Source: a candidate division WOR-3 bacterium (GTDB lineage: Bacteria; Hydrothermota; Tepidihabitantia; SM23-42; JAOAFX01). Taken from it: 64,000 bases of DNA. Positions within the stretch are counted from its first letter, which is position 1. Each line of letters starts with the position of its first letter. A program made the position numbers and the translations under genes. Shown here piece by piece: positions 43,821-53,626 of the stretch. The notes under the pieces were generated by a model that worked only from the letters and a program-made list of their open reading frames with translations, was not told the DNA's origin and made no database searches. The DNA lies in NCBI GenBank assembly GCA_039802265.1, contig JBDRWI010000001.1, positions 4,264 through 68,263 of the forward strand, in the 5' to 3' direction.

Positions 43821-44444
43821 ATGTTATTTTTCAGACGCGAGGAGAGGTATGTTCTTGATTCAGCAAGTATCATTGACGGTCGGGTTGTGAATCTGTTTGA
43901 AAAGAAATTTTTGGAAGGGAAGATAATCATTCCCTATTTAGTCCGAATAATTGCCCGCAAACAGATAGGCAATGATGCCGAGCGGGTTTTAAACCAACTC
44001 AGAAAAATTACCCTCCTGGAGTTTGTTGAAAAGAATGTGGATGGTGTCTCTGAAGAAATCAGTGTCCTTAAACTTGCATCAAGGAGAAAGGCAAAGGTAA
44101 TAACAACCTCGGATGAGTATAATCGTCATTTAAAATCCTTTCCCGATGTTCGGATTATAAACATCAAAGAACTACATTCACTATTAACCCCAATATTCAA
44201 TCCCAACCGGATTATCAGTGTGTATATTAAGAAAAGAGGAATAAACTCCAATGAGGGAGTCGGGTATATTGAGGGTGTAAAGATTGTTGTAATGAATGGT
44301 GCAAAGTTCCTCAACCAGCGAATATGGGCAAGGGTTATCTCAATGCTCCAATCGGATAGTGGTAATCTGGTATTTGCCGAGGCAGTTGCCGATCTAAAAG
44401 AAAAATCCATTAACACCGACAATCGCAAAAATGAATATAACTGA
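43821..44444 (+). CDS. PIN/TRAM-domain protein (YacL-like)
   Basis: VLDSASIIDGRV (PIN acidic motif), VITTSDEYN, and the TRAM-like C-terminus GVGYIEGVKIVVMNGAKFLNQRIWARVISMLQSDSGNLVFAE. A position after radA is typical. Confidence 0.6.
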   Translation: MLFFRREERYVLDSASIIDGRVVNLFEKKFLEGKIIIPYLVRIIARKQIGNDAERVLNQLRKITLLEFVEKNVDGVSEEISVLKLASRRKAKVITTSDEYNRHLKSFPDVRIINIKELHSLLTPIFNPNRIISVYIKKRGINSNEGVGYIEGVKIVVMNGAKFLNQRIWARVISMLQSDSGNLVFAEAVADLKEKSINTDNRKNEYN

Positions 44445-45453
44445 ACTTGACAGTCTCCTTGAACGCCTGACCAAAAGCTATGGAATTGGTTATTCAGGGG
44501 GTGTAAAATATGTAGTCCTTGATGAATTGAAAAGGAAAAAAATTTCCGGAGAAATAAGTAAAGATGGAAGTGTCTACGGATTTTTAAAGGGTATAAAGAA
44601 AACCGAAATAATGCTTTCTGCCCATCTTGACGAAATCGGCTTTATTGTGAGTTTAATTGAAGATAATGGATTCATTAGATTCCGTGATATGGACGGAGGT
44701 GATGTGCGGATTCTCCCCGGACAGGAGGTAATTATTCTGGGCAGTAGAGAAATTAAGGGATATATCGGCATTAAACCACCCCACCTGATGTCTAAGGAAG
44801 AAAAAGAAAAGGTCCTACCAATTGATAAACTCTTTATTGACACCGGACTCAAACCCAAAGTTGTGAAAAAACTTGTTCATATCGGTGATGTTGTAGCATT
44901 CTTGGGAAAATACTGCAAACTTCAGAACGACCTGCGCAGTGCGAAATCTCTTGATAATCGGGCAAGTGTTGCCTGCTCTCTGGCAATAATTGATGAATTA
45001 ATAAAACTCGGACCACCCTGTAATATTCATTTTGTCGCAACAAGTCAGGAGGAATTTACCGGACTCGGGGCAAGAATCTTTTCCTATAAATTGCCCCTTA
45101 ATTATGCAGTGGTAATAGATGTAACCCACGGTGAACACCCTGAATTAAGGGAAGAGGAATGCTTCCCATTAAATAAAGGACCGGTAATTGTCCGCGGACC
45201 GACCATTCCCCAGAGGCTATTTCGCCTCCTCATAGAAACCGCAAAGGAACTGGAGATTCCCTATCAGGTAGAACCTGCACCAACCTGGACCGGAACTGAT
45301 GCCGAGGCAATCGCCTTCAATAAGGAAGGGATCCCTACCTGTGTCCTTGGAATTCCGTTAAGATATATGCATACACCGGTGGAGGTGGTCTCTTTAAAGG
45401 ATATTGAGCGAACTGCAAGGCTGGTAGTAAATTTTATTAAAAAAATCGCATAG
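44431..45453 (+). CDS. M42-family aminopeptidase (FrvX/YpdE-like)
   Basis: SAHLDEIGF, KSLDNRAS, TSQEEFTGLGA and LRYMHTP motifs. Confidence 0.85.
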   Translation: MNITELDSLLERLTKSYGIGYSGGVKYVVLDELKRKKISGEISKDGSVYGFLKGIKKTEIMLSAHLDEIGFIVSLIEDNGFIRFRDMDGGDVRILPGQEVIILGSREIKGYIGIKPPHLMSKEEKEKVLPIDKLFIDTGLKPKVVKKLVHIGDVVAFLGKYCKLQNDLRSAKSLDNRASVACSLAIIDELIKLGPPCNIHFVATSQEEFTGLGARIFSYKLPLNYAVVIDVTHGEHPELREEECFPLNKGPVIVRGPTIPQRLFRLLIETAKELEIPYQVEPAPTWTGTDAEAIAFNKEGIPTCVLGIPLRYMHTPVEVVSLKDIERTARLVVNFIKKIA

Positions 45454-45456
45454 GTA

Positions 45457-45484
45457 TTGACCGGGCGAAGTTTTTGAGTATAAT
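45457..45484 (+). promoter_or_regulatory. sigma70-type promoter of the giant T9SS protein gene
   Basis: TTGACC (45457-45462), 16-nt spacer, TATAAT (45479-45484). A ~100-nt leader ends in AAAGGAGG. Confidence 0.65.
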
Positions 45485-45592
45485 TACATAAAGCAAAACC
45501 TGAATATTTTTTGAAAAATGTGCCGCAGGGTGCCTTTAAACCCTTAAATAAAGCAGATAATTTGGGCTTATCGGTAAAGAAAGGAGGCAATT

Positions 45593-48500
45593 ATGCATTC
45601 ATATAAAAAGCCCCTGTTATTAACAGTAGTCATGCTGAGCATCGTCTGGGCAGGTCCTTCAACTAAAAAGCAAGTAAGTGAGCCTGAAATAACATTACTC
45701 AGGCCAATGGAACTTGAATTAAGAACCCCTGCCCCGGTCTGGGATACAAATCGGGTCTGGCCCGGTGCCACTGCAAACCTCACAAGAAAAGTTGCGATTG
45801 GGAAGTATTTCAAGGGCGCATTGGATGACACCATCCGTCTGGTAACGGTCCAATCCGGTGGTACAAGGAATTTAGTCATTGCTACTGATACAATGAGCTC
45901 AAGTTTTGTAAAAAATGGCTTCCGAATTGAGACACCCTATGCCTTTGCCAGTGGTAGCACCCCCCATGCAGTTGCGGTTGGTGATGTGGATGGTGATGAG
46001 TATATTGATATACTGGCAGCCCAGTCTGCCACACCATACCGGCTATTCTGGTTTGAATGGGACACTGGTGCACTTAACTGGGTTGTGCGCGATTCATTGA
46101 CTGTAAATAATGCAATCAATGACATTACATTCGGTGATGGCGACAACAATGCAACAACCAGGGACTTCTACATCAATATCGCCCAGACCTCACCAAGTGC
46201 GGCAATTATGAGAATTTTCTGGACCGGCACTGCCTGGGATACCTTAAGGATTCTGCTCAGCGGCGGTGTCTCTTCACGGGGTGTTGCGGTTGGTGATATC
46301 CGACCAGAACTTGCCGGAAACGAAGTCTATGCAGTTGGTAGTTCAAGGATCTGGCAGGTCTATTTCAATGGTGTATCCTGGGATACCGCCACAATCACCA
46401 GTGGGGTAAGCGGTTCTTATGATGTGGTTGTGGGTGATGTAAATCCGGTAAATTCGGGAAATGAACTCTGCGTCGTCCATGGCTCAACATCCTATCAGGT
46501 ATCAATCTGGAACTGGACCGGTGCAAACTGGTCAGGAATCCTCTGGGCATTCACATCAACCTGGGGAACATCGGATAATACACTTGAAATTGGTGATGTC
46601 CTGAAGGAAAATCCTGGTAATGAACTGGTCTTGATGAGTGGTGCCAGTACAACTGCACAGCCCAGGGTCTTCTGGTATGCACCGAGTGGCAATGCCTGGG
46701 TGAGCACCTTACCCAAGTCAGTTGGTTCACAGAGTGACTATGGGGTGGCAATCGGTGATATAAATAGATTCCGCACATTCAATTCAGAATTTGTCCTTTC
46801 CGGTGGTGGCTCACTCGTTGAAGTAGAAGAGCACGACTTCGTTGATGACATTGGTACCTACTGGATTAGAATGAAAAATCCAACCGCAATCATAAACCTC
46901 CCTGACACAATCACTGCGGTAATCTTCAATGCTGGTTCAAATCCCAAATCAAACTTTAATGTTGGCTATCGCTTCAAGAACAGTCCATTAACTGGCTCTT
47001 TCATCTATACTGGCACGCTCAATCCCGGTGCAATAGATAGTATAAAATTTCCTGTCACGCTTGATTTTCTGGGAATGGATTCGCTATATGTATTTACCAG
47101 TCTTGCTGGGGATGCCTGGATATTGAATGATACAACAAGACTCCACCTTGAGGTATATGACGAAACCACAAAAGTTGCATCAACCTTCAATAATACTGCA
47201 TTTCCACCTGCCAATGCCACAATCTCACCAATGATAAATACACCCGATACCTGGTGGCGGACAATCCTGTCCGGTTCATACAACTGGGCAAGATATACCT
47301 CCGGTACCAATCCCACCTGCTCACCATATGAAGGCTATGGGATGGCTGGTTATCCATCTTATAATGCATCTTCTGGCTCCCAGGCAAGGTTACGCACCCA
47401 TCGGTTTAATATTGGTCCAACTCCTAAAAAGGTGATGCTCAGATTCTATATGTATCACGACCCGGGTTATTCCACAAATTCCGACTCCGTAATTATTGAA
47501 TTTTCTTATAACGATACAACATACAATCGGGTTGCTGGATTCCATCGCTATAATGCGACTGCTGGCTGGTATTTGCATGATGTGGAAATTGGCGACTTTC
47601 CAGCAAATAAGGACCTCTATATTGGATTCAAGGCAAACAGTGGCTATGGCAATAATATGTTCATTGACTCAGCAAGGGTATTTATTACCACACCAACCGC
47701 ACCAGTGGTTGATGCGGGAATCCAGAACATTACACCATTTGCCCCACCGATATTTGTTGGTGAGACACTCACCGTTCAGGTTCTGGTCCGTAATTATGGT
47801 CTGCAGACCCTTACTTCAACCCCGGTCTTTTATACCCTTGGTGGTGCGGATACGGTCTGGGAGAACTGGACCGGCTCACTGGAGATAAATGAAACTGCCC
47901 TTTACACATTCACCACGAATTTTATTCCAACAACTGCCGGTGAAGAAACCCTCTATGCCGGAACGAAATTGACCGGTGACCAAAATCCCGCAAATGATGT
48001 AGCAAGTTTGGTTTTTCTCGTCTGTCCTGAATACCATACCTTACCTTATACCAAGAACTTTGATGAGGCGTGGACAAATTCAACAAACCCACCCTTCTGT
48101 GGCTGGACAATTGTTGATGGTGGTACCCAATCACCACCGGTGATAGACAATAATGACTGGCATCGTTATGTAAGCAGTTCTCCCGCAAGAACAGTTGCCC
48201 GAGTCTACTACTCACCTGTTGAATGGACCGATGACTGGCTCATCTCACCGAGGTTTGATTGTTCTCAATTGGGATATTATACACTCTCATACTGGCACTG
48301 GTATGATGACTACACAACAAATTCCCCTGATTCGGGAAGAGTTCTTCTGAGCACCGACGGTGGCGCAAACTGGCAGACCGTTGCAATCTATTCCAATGCC
48401 GATGACTCCGGTTATAAGTCAATTGATGTCAGTTCCCTGGCAATGGGTCATAATAATGTAAAGATTGCCTTCCATTATGTGGCATATAATGAATGGCGCT

Positions 48501-50287
48501 GGTATATTGATGACTTTTTATTTGACTTTGCGCCGGATACAATTCCACCGACAATCACCTTTGTTCAAGAGCCCCAGAATACCTATCAGACCGGTCCCTA
48601 TATTGTCCGGGCAAGAATCAACGACATCACTGGAATTGGGGCGGATTCACTCTATTATATTGTAAATGATGTAATTACTGCCATTCCCCATACTGCCATC
48701 TCAGGCGATACATTCACATTTGAAATCCCCGGACAGACACCAGGAACAGAAGTTGAATACTTCGTCATTGCCCGTGATAATCTCGCAAACAGGGCATATA
48801 CCAGCACACATAGATTCTGGGTTCTATCACCACTGGCTCCCACTGACCTCGTTGTTACTGGTCAAGCTGATTCCACAGTCCGGCTTGACTGGTTACCACC
48901 GGCTGAGGAAATTTCTTATTATAGTGGCGTCAACTACTACTGGTATGGTTGGCTTGCTGGTGACGCAATTGCTACTCAATATACGCCCCAGTATTACCCA
49001 TGCAAATTAGAAGCAGCTGCCTTATTGTTCTACCAGTATTCGGATACAATAGAGTTCCATATCTGGGCAGATGATGGAAATGGTAATCCGGGAACAAGCC
49101 TCTTTGTTGATACAATCATAATCTCCCAGCTCTATCCCAATTTTGAGGTCATTGACCTATCCCAGGCGAATATTACAATAAATTCAGGCAGTTTCCATGT
49201 TGGCTTTATATGGCTCGGTGATGATACTCCTTATCCAATGTCTGATAATGGTTCAAATACTACACGCAGCAAATATTATGATGGTACAGACTGGTATCCA
49301 GCAGGTTATGACTGGGTGATGTCAGCTTATGTTTCATATCTCCCCGGGGCAAAAAGAACGGTCGGTCAACCAAAACTCTTGGCTTCTGGTACTAAAGTAT
49401 CTTTAAGAAAGTTGCACAGGAAACCGATAAGCGATAAAGAAAATTTCTCAAGTAACCTTTCGGCAGAAATACTCGGTATCTCCAACTTCTCAATTGAACG
49501 CGGCACGACTCAAGGTGGACCTTATACCCAGATTGGAACAACCACCAGCAGTTTCTTTATTGATACAACAGTTGTGAATGAAAACCGATACTACTATGTT
49601 GTTAAGGCAATCTATACCCAGCCCGATACTGTTTCTTATTACTCAAATGAAGTGAATATTGGCGTTGATTTTGCTGGTCCACTCTATAATAATACAACCT
49701 TTGACTCAATGGCAGCTGGACCCTGGGTTGTCTCAACCGAAATCACCGACTGGATTGGTCTTGCCTATGACTCCCTTGCCTACCGCACCGATGGTGGTTC
49801 ATTCTCTTATATTACAAGTGACAGTATTGCCGGCGATATCTACTACTACACCATCCCTGACTTCCCAGCGGGAACACTCATTGAATTCTACCTCTTTAGC
49901 CAGGACACATCATGGTGGCAGAATATAGGTAGAGACCCGGCAAGCGGTTATTATGCATTTACCTCCCATACCGGTATTGCGGATTCCAAGACCGCTAAAC
50001 CAATCCCCAGGTTTGTATTCTTAAATCAGTGCCAGCCCAATCCATTTGATAGAACAACCCGGATAAACTACGGAATTCCGAAGCAGATGCATGTAAATAT
50101 CTCTATCTACAATGCGATTGGACAGTTGACAAAGACCTTGATTGATGGCGAGTTGGAACCCGGTTATTACTCAATCCTCTGGGATGGCAGAGACCAGAAG
50201 GGCAGACAACTGGCAAATGGTATTTACTTTGTGCGCTTGTCTACTCCAGATAAGAAATTCATAAAGAAGGCGGTCTTACTCCACTGA
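45593..50287 (+). CDS. 1564-aa secreted multidomain surface protein (FG-GAP/VCBS-like propeller, CARDB-like, choice-of-anchor-J/MAM-like, FN3-like) with T9SS CTD
   Basis: N-terminal blades with GD(V/I)...GNE(L/V) spacing (GDVDGDEYIDIL, GDIRPELAGNEVY, GDVNPVNSGNELC, GDVLKENPGNELV, GDINRFRTFNSEF). DDWLISPRF...LLSTDGGANW (choice-of-anchor-J-like). PLAPTDLVVTG...VRLDWLPP (FN3-like). C-terminus QCQPNPF...VNISIYNAIGQL...GIYFVRLST is a T9SS CTD. Confidence 0.7.
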   Translation: MHSYKKPLLLTVVMLSIVWAGPSTKKQVSEPEITLLRPMELELRTPAPVWDTNRVWPGATANLTRKVAIGKYFKGALDDTIRLVTVQSGGTRNLVIATDTMSSSFVKNGFRIETPYAFASGSTPHAVAVGDVDGDEYIDILAAQSATPYRLFWFEWDTGALNWVVRDSLTVNNAINDITFGDGDNNATTRDFYINIAQTSPSAAIMRIFWTGTAWDTLRILLSGGVSSRGVAVGDIRPELAGNEVYAVGSSRIWQVYFNGVSWDTATITSGVSGSYDVVVGDVNPVNSGNELCVVHGSTSYQVSIWNWTGANWSGILWAFTSTWGTSDNTLEIGDVLKENPGNELVLMSGASTTAQPRVFWYAPSGNAWVSTLPKSVGSQSDYGVAIGDINRFRTFNSEFVLSGGGSLVEVEEHDFVDDIGTYWIRMKNPTAIINLPDTITAVIFNAGSNPKSNFNVGYRFKNSPLTGSFIYTGTLNPGAIDSIKFPVTLDFLGMDSLYVFTSLAGDAWILNDTTRLHLEVYDETTKVASTFNNTAFPPANATISPMINTPDTWWRTILSGSYNWARYTSGTNPTCSPYEGYGMAGYPSYNASSGSQARLRTHRFNIGPTPKKVMLRFYMYHDPGYSTNSDSVIIEFSYNDTTYNRVAGFHRYNATAGWYLHDVEIGDFPANKDLYIGFKANSGYGNNMFIDSARVFITTPTAPVVDAGIQNITPFAPPIFVGETLTVQVLVRNYGLQTLTSTPVFYTLGGADTVWENWTGSLEINETALYTFTTNFIPTTAGEETLYAGTKLTGDQNPANDVASLVFLVCPEYHTLPYTKNFDEAWTNSTNPPFCGWTIVDGGTQSPPVIDNNDWHRYVSSSPARTVARVYYSPVEWTDDWLISPRFDCSQLGYYTLSYWHWYDDYTTNSPDSGRVLLSTDGGANWQTVAIYSNADDSGYKSIDVSSLAMGHNNVKIAFHYVAYNEWRWYIDDFLFDFAPDTIPPTITFVQEPQNTYQTGPYIVRARINDITGIGADSLYYIVNDVITAIPHTAISGDTFTFEIPGQTPGTEVEYFVIARDNLANRAYTSTHRFWVLSPLAPTDLVVTGQADSTVRLDWLPPAEEISYYSGVNYYWYGWLAGDAIATQYTPQYYPCKLEAAALLFYQYSDTIEFHIWADDGNGNPGTSLFVDTIIISQLYPNFEVIDLSQANITINSGSFHVGFIWLGDDTPYPMSDNGSNTTRSKYYDGTDWYPAGYDWVMSAYVSYLPGAKRTVGQPKLLASGTKVSLRKLHRKPISDKENFSSNLSAEILGISNFSIERGTTQGGPYTQIGTTTSSFFIDTTVVNENRYYYVVKAIYTQPDTVSYYSNEVNIGVDFAGPLYNNTTFDSMAAGPWVVSTEITDWIGLAYDSLAYRTDGGSFSYITSDSIAGDIYYYTIPDFPAGTLIEFYLFSQDTSWWQNIGRDPASGYYAFTSHTGIADSKTAKPIPRFVFLNQCQPNPFDRTTRINYGIPKQMHVNISIYNAIGQLTKTLIDGELEPGYYSILWDGRDQKGRQLANGIYFVRLSTPDKKFIKKAVLLH

Positions 50288-50305
50288 ACTCAGTCTGGTA
50301 GAAAA

Positions 50306-50340
50306 GGGAGGGGGGAATATATTCCCCCCTCCCTTTTATT
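50306..50340 (+). terminator. strong rho-independent terminator after the giant gene
   Basis: Perfect palindrome GGGAGGGGGGAA-UAUA-UUCCCCCCUCCC (12 bp), flanked by A4 upstream and UUUUAUU downstream. Confidence 0.85.
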
Positions 50341-50354
50341 ATTATCCAACCGCA

Positions 50355-50382
50355 TTGAAAATACTATAAATTTAAATATAAT
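50355..50382 (+). promoter_or_regulatory. promoter of the 50389 gene (leaderless geometry)
   Basis: TTGAAA (50355-50360), 16-nt spacer, TATAAT (50377-50382). Only 6 nt separate the -10 box from ATG 50389, with no SD. Confidence 0.65.
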
Positions 50383-50388
50383 CAAGTA

Positions 50389-51339
50389 ATGAAATTACCC
50401 CGGCCACTAAAGATTACCTCCAGGACACCGATAGAAGAATTACCCGGTATATTGGAAAAGACAAAACTTTTTATTAAGCGGGATGACCTGAATGGCCTTT
50501 TGATTTCAGGCAATAAGGCAAGGAAACTTGAATATCTTATTGCTGATGCAAAAAATAAAAGTTGTGATACGATTATTACCTGCGGACCAGTGCAGTCCAA
50601 TCACTGCCGGACAACCGCTGCATTTGCAAGGATATTTGGTCTTGAATGCCACTTACTTCTGCGCAAGAAAGGGCAAGCAGAATATACCGGTAATCTGTTG
50701 CTTGATACTCTGTTAGGGGCAAAGATAAAGTTTATTACACCAAAGGAGTATCAAAACCGAATGGCGGTGATGACTGATTATGCACGAAGATTAAGGGACA
50801 AAAAGACATATATAATTCCCGAGGGCGGTTCAAATGAAATCGGTGCCCTGGGTTATGTAGATTGTATGAAAGAGATGGCAAAATTTATCAAAAAAGAAAG
50901 AATAGATGCGGTGTATTGTGCGGTTGGTTCAGGTGGCACCTATGCGGGTTTATTACTGGGAAAGAAATTACTTAAATTGAATATTGATTTGAATGGCGTG
51001 ATTATCTGTGATACGGTGGAGTATTTTACGAATAAAATTTCGGAAATCTGTAATAATGCAATAAAGAGATTCAAACTAAAAACGGAAATTAAAAATTCTG
51101 AAATCACACTGATTGATGGTTTTGTAGGAAAAGGTTATGGCATCCCCTATCCTGAGGAGATTGAGACGATAAAATATCTTGCCCGAAAGGGGATTATCCT
51201 TGAGCCGGTCTATACCGGTAAGGCATTCTATGGAATGATTGAGGATTTAAAAGAAAGAAAATATAAAAAAGTTATCTTTCTTCATACCGGTGGGATCTTC
51301 AGCATCTTTGCCTACTGGCGTAATTTTTTGGAATTTTAA
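50389..51339 (+). CDS. D-cysteine desulfhydrase / ACC deaminase-family PLP enzyme
   Basis: KRDDLNGLLISGNKARKLEYL (PLP-lysine motif), GPVQSNHCR and GGSN..GALGY. Confidence 0.8.
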   Translation: MKLPRPLKITSRTPIEELPGILEKTKLFIKRDDLNGLLISGNKARKLEYLIADAKNKSCDTIITCGPVQSNHCRTTAAFARIFGLECHLLLRKKGQAEYTGNLLLDTLLGAKIKFITPKEYQNRMAVMTDYARRLRDKKTYIIPEGGSNEIGALGYVDCMKEMAKFIKKERIDAVYCAVGSGGTYAGLLLGKKLLKLNIDLNGVIICDTVEYFTNKISEICNNAIKRFKLKTEIKNSEITLIDGFVGKGYGIPYPEEIETIKYLARKGIILEPVYTGKAFYGMIEDLKERKYKKVIFLHTGGIFSIFAYWRNFLEF

Positions 51340-51501
51340 TTTCCTTTTGCACAGAAATGAACCTATTTGTAAATTTTTCAGGGTGCGGCTTTATATACCG
51401 AGAAAAGTGTGGGCGGCGTGGATTCTTGGCGTAAACAGAATCTCAAACTACCATAAGGCATCAAAGATTCTTCCCTTCGCTAATGCTCTATTTTGAAAAG
51501 A

Positions 51502-52434
51502 TTACCTTTTCATTCTCACCAGGGCGGTCTTGAGCATTTCAAATATTAACTCATCATAACTCAAGCCTATTGCCCTTGCCTCAAGGGGAAGGTTTGATTC
51601 AGTCAATAACCCGGGAATGGTATTCACCTCAAGGACATAAGGGTTATGTTCAAGGTCAAAGACAAAGTCAACCCGGGAAAATCCATAGGCACCGATAGCC
51701 TGGTGTGCGGCAAGTGCCAGATTCTGGGTCTTTTTATACTGTTCTTCAGGAAGTCTGGCAGGAATGATATATTCGGTCATTCCCTTGGTATATTTTGATT
51801 TATAATCATAAAATTTCCTCTTTTTCGGTGCGATTTCCAGAACCGGTAGCGGAACCTCATTGAGAATACCACAGGTTGCCATAATTCCCGGTATATATTT
51901 TTCAAAAAATAGGTCAGGATATCGCCTTTTTATAGAATTGATGCCCTTTATTAAGTCTGCCTTTGTCTCAACAATTATGACACCGACACTTGAACCCTCA
52001 GCCCTTGGTTTGATTACCAATGGTAGACCGAGTTTTTCTATAACTTTATCAATGTCAATCTCTTTTTCGTAATAGTATTCTGGGGTCGGAATTCCCTTAC
52101 CAATGAAGATAGACTTTGATACAATCTTATCCATTCCAATTGCCGAGCCGATAATCCCGGAACCGGTATAAGGAATTCCATAGAATTCCAGGATTGCCTG
52201 GACTGTGCCATCCTCACCGAATTTCCCGTGGAGGGCAATAAAGGCGATATCAATATTCTTTAACTTTTTTATAAAATTCCTATCAACATCAATCTCTTTT
52301 ACTGAAAATCCCTGTTTTTTTAATGATTCAGCCACACATCTTCCAGAGTTGATAGAAATTGCCCGCTCACTTGACCAGCCACCGTAAAGGACACCGATTC
52401 TCTTCTTTAACAGCAGATTCCGTTCTTTATCCAT
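51502..52434 (-). CDS. ddl: D-alanine--D-alanine ligase
   Basis: IGVLYGGWSSEREIS-like N-terminus, ALHGKFGEDGTVQ, an ATP-grasp core, and the C-terminal EVNTIPG motif. Confidence 0.9.
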   Translation of the reverse strand: MDKERNLLLKKRIGVLYGGWSSERAISINSGRCVAESLKKQGFSVKEIDVDRNFIKKLKNIDIAFIALHGKFGEDGTVQAILEFYGIPYTGSGIIGSAIGMDKIVSKSIFIGKGIPTPEYYYEKEIDIDKVIEKLGLPLVIKPRAEGSSVGVIIVETKADLIKGINSIKRRYPDLFFEKYIPGIMATCGILNEVPLPVLEIAPKKRKFYDYKSKYTKGMTEYIIPARLPEEQYKKTQNLALAAHQAIGAYGFSRVDFVFDLEHNPYVLEVNTIPGLLTESNLPLEARAIGLSYDELIFEMLKTALVRMKR

Positions 52435-52442
52435 ACCATTTA

Positions 52443-52470
52443 ATGATAATTAAAATAATTCCCTTGTCAA
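52443..52470 (-). promoter_or_regulatory. promoter of ddl (leaderless geometry)
   Basis: Minus strand: TTGACA (52470-52465), 16-nt spacer, TATCAT (52448-52443). 8 nt separate the -10 box from ATG 52434, with no SD. Confidence 0.55.
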
Positions 52471-52481
52471 CCTTTTATACT

Positions 52482-53591
52482 TTAGTCTATCTGCCTCCTT
52501 AAGAAAGTCGGGACTTCCAGGTCATTGACATTGTATGGCTTCTCTTTTGTTTCCTTCTTTATTTCCCGGCGCTTGAATGTCGGAAATTCAAGATTTTCAT
52601 TGCGGTTAAGGATATCCGACTTTACATCCTGATAGACTTCGGTAATCCCGGTTGCCACCAGCATCACCTTTACCTTATTCTCAAGGGTCTCATCAATAAC
52701 CAGTCCAACCTTTGTATTCACATCTTCATTGTCGATCTCTTTTAGAATCAATGAGGCGGCCTCCTGAACCTCCTTCATCTTCAGGTCAAAACCGCTGATA
52801 TTGATGAGAACGCCCTTTGCCCCCTTGATCGACATATCATCAAGCAGGGGTGAGTTCATCGCGGTCTGTGCCGCCTGGATTGCCCGATTTTCGCCTTCGC
52901 TTATCCCCATACCCATAATTGCCTTTCCCTTTTCAGTCATTACCGCCCGAATATCGGCAAAGTCAAGGTTGATAAGCCCGGGTTTGGTTACCAGTTCAGC
53001 AATTCCCTTTATGGCATGAAAGAGGACTGTATTCCCCACCTTTAAGGAATCAAGCACCCCGGATTCCTGGGGAAGTGCACTGAGGAGTTTTTCGTTGGGT
53101 ATGCAGATCAGGGTATCAACGATATTACTCAACTCATCAATTCCTCTCTGGGCAATCATCATCTTCTTCGGTCCCTCGTGTAACCAGGGTTTTGTTACCA
53201 CTGCTACCACCAGTGCCCCGGCATTTTTCGCCTCCTCGGCAACCACGGGTGAGGCACCGGTTCCGGTGCCGCCTCCCTCGCCACAGGCGATAAAGACCAT
53301 ATCTGCATCCTTTACTACATTCTTTATTTCTTCCCTTGACTCTTCGGCTGCCTTGCGTCCGATCTCCGGATCGCCACCAGCACCAAGACCACCAGTTAGA
53401 TTGGCACCAATTTGAATCCTCTCACTGGCAATACAATACTGCAGATGCTGGAGGTCTGTATTTATTGCAATCGTCTCAACCCCTTCAATTCCGTAGGACT
53501 GAGCAAAGTTCACTGTATTACAACCTGCGCCCCCAACTCCAACAAGTTTGATGCGGGCGCAGAATCTCGGTTCCTGAACCAATCCCAACAT
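52482..53591 (-). CDS. ftsZ: cell division GTPase FtsZ
   Basis: GVGGAGCN and the tubulin signature GGGTGTGASP. The C-terminal DLEVPTFLRRQ peptide is the FtsA/ZipA-binding tail. AAGGAGG upstream. Confidence 0.95.
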   Translation of the reverse strand: MLGLVQEPRFCARIKLVGVGGAGCNTVNFAQSYGIEGVETIAINTDLQHLQYCIASERIQIGANLTGGLGAGGDPEIGRKAAEESREEIKNVVKDADMVFIACGEGGGTGTGASPVVAEEAKNAGALVVAVVTKPWLHEGPKKMMIAQRGIDELSNIVDTLICIPNEKLLSALPQESGVLDSLKVGNTVLFHAIKGIAELVTKPGLINLDFADIRAVMTEKGKAIMGMGISEGENRAIQAAQTAMNSPLLDDMSIKGAKGVLINISGFDLKMKEVQEAASLILKEIDNEDVNTKVGLVIDETLENKVKVMLVATGITEVYQDVKSDILNRNENLEFPTFKRREIKKETKEKPYNVNDLEVPTFLRRQID

Positions 53592-53626
53592 AAATTCCTC
53601 CTTTTTTTAGTTTAATCTTTCTCATC

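Noticed and set aside
51340-51501. 162-bp convergent spacer between the desulfhydrase-like gene and ddl, examined for terminators or an sRNA
   Set aside because: It holds only a 7-bp AGAATCT/AGATTCT stem with a 21-nt loop and no U-tract, and no promoter-like hexamer pair.
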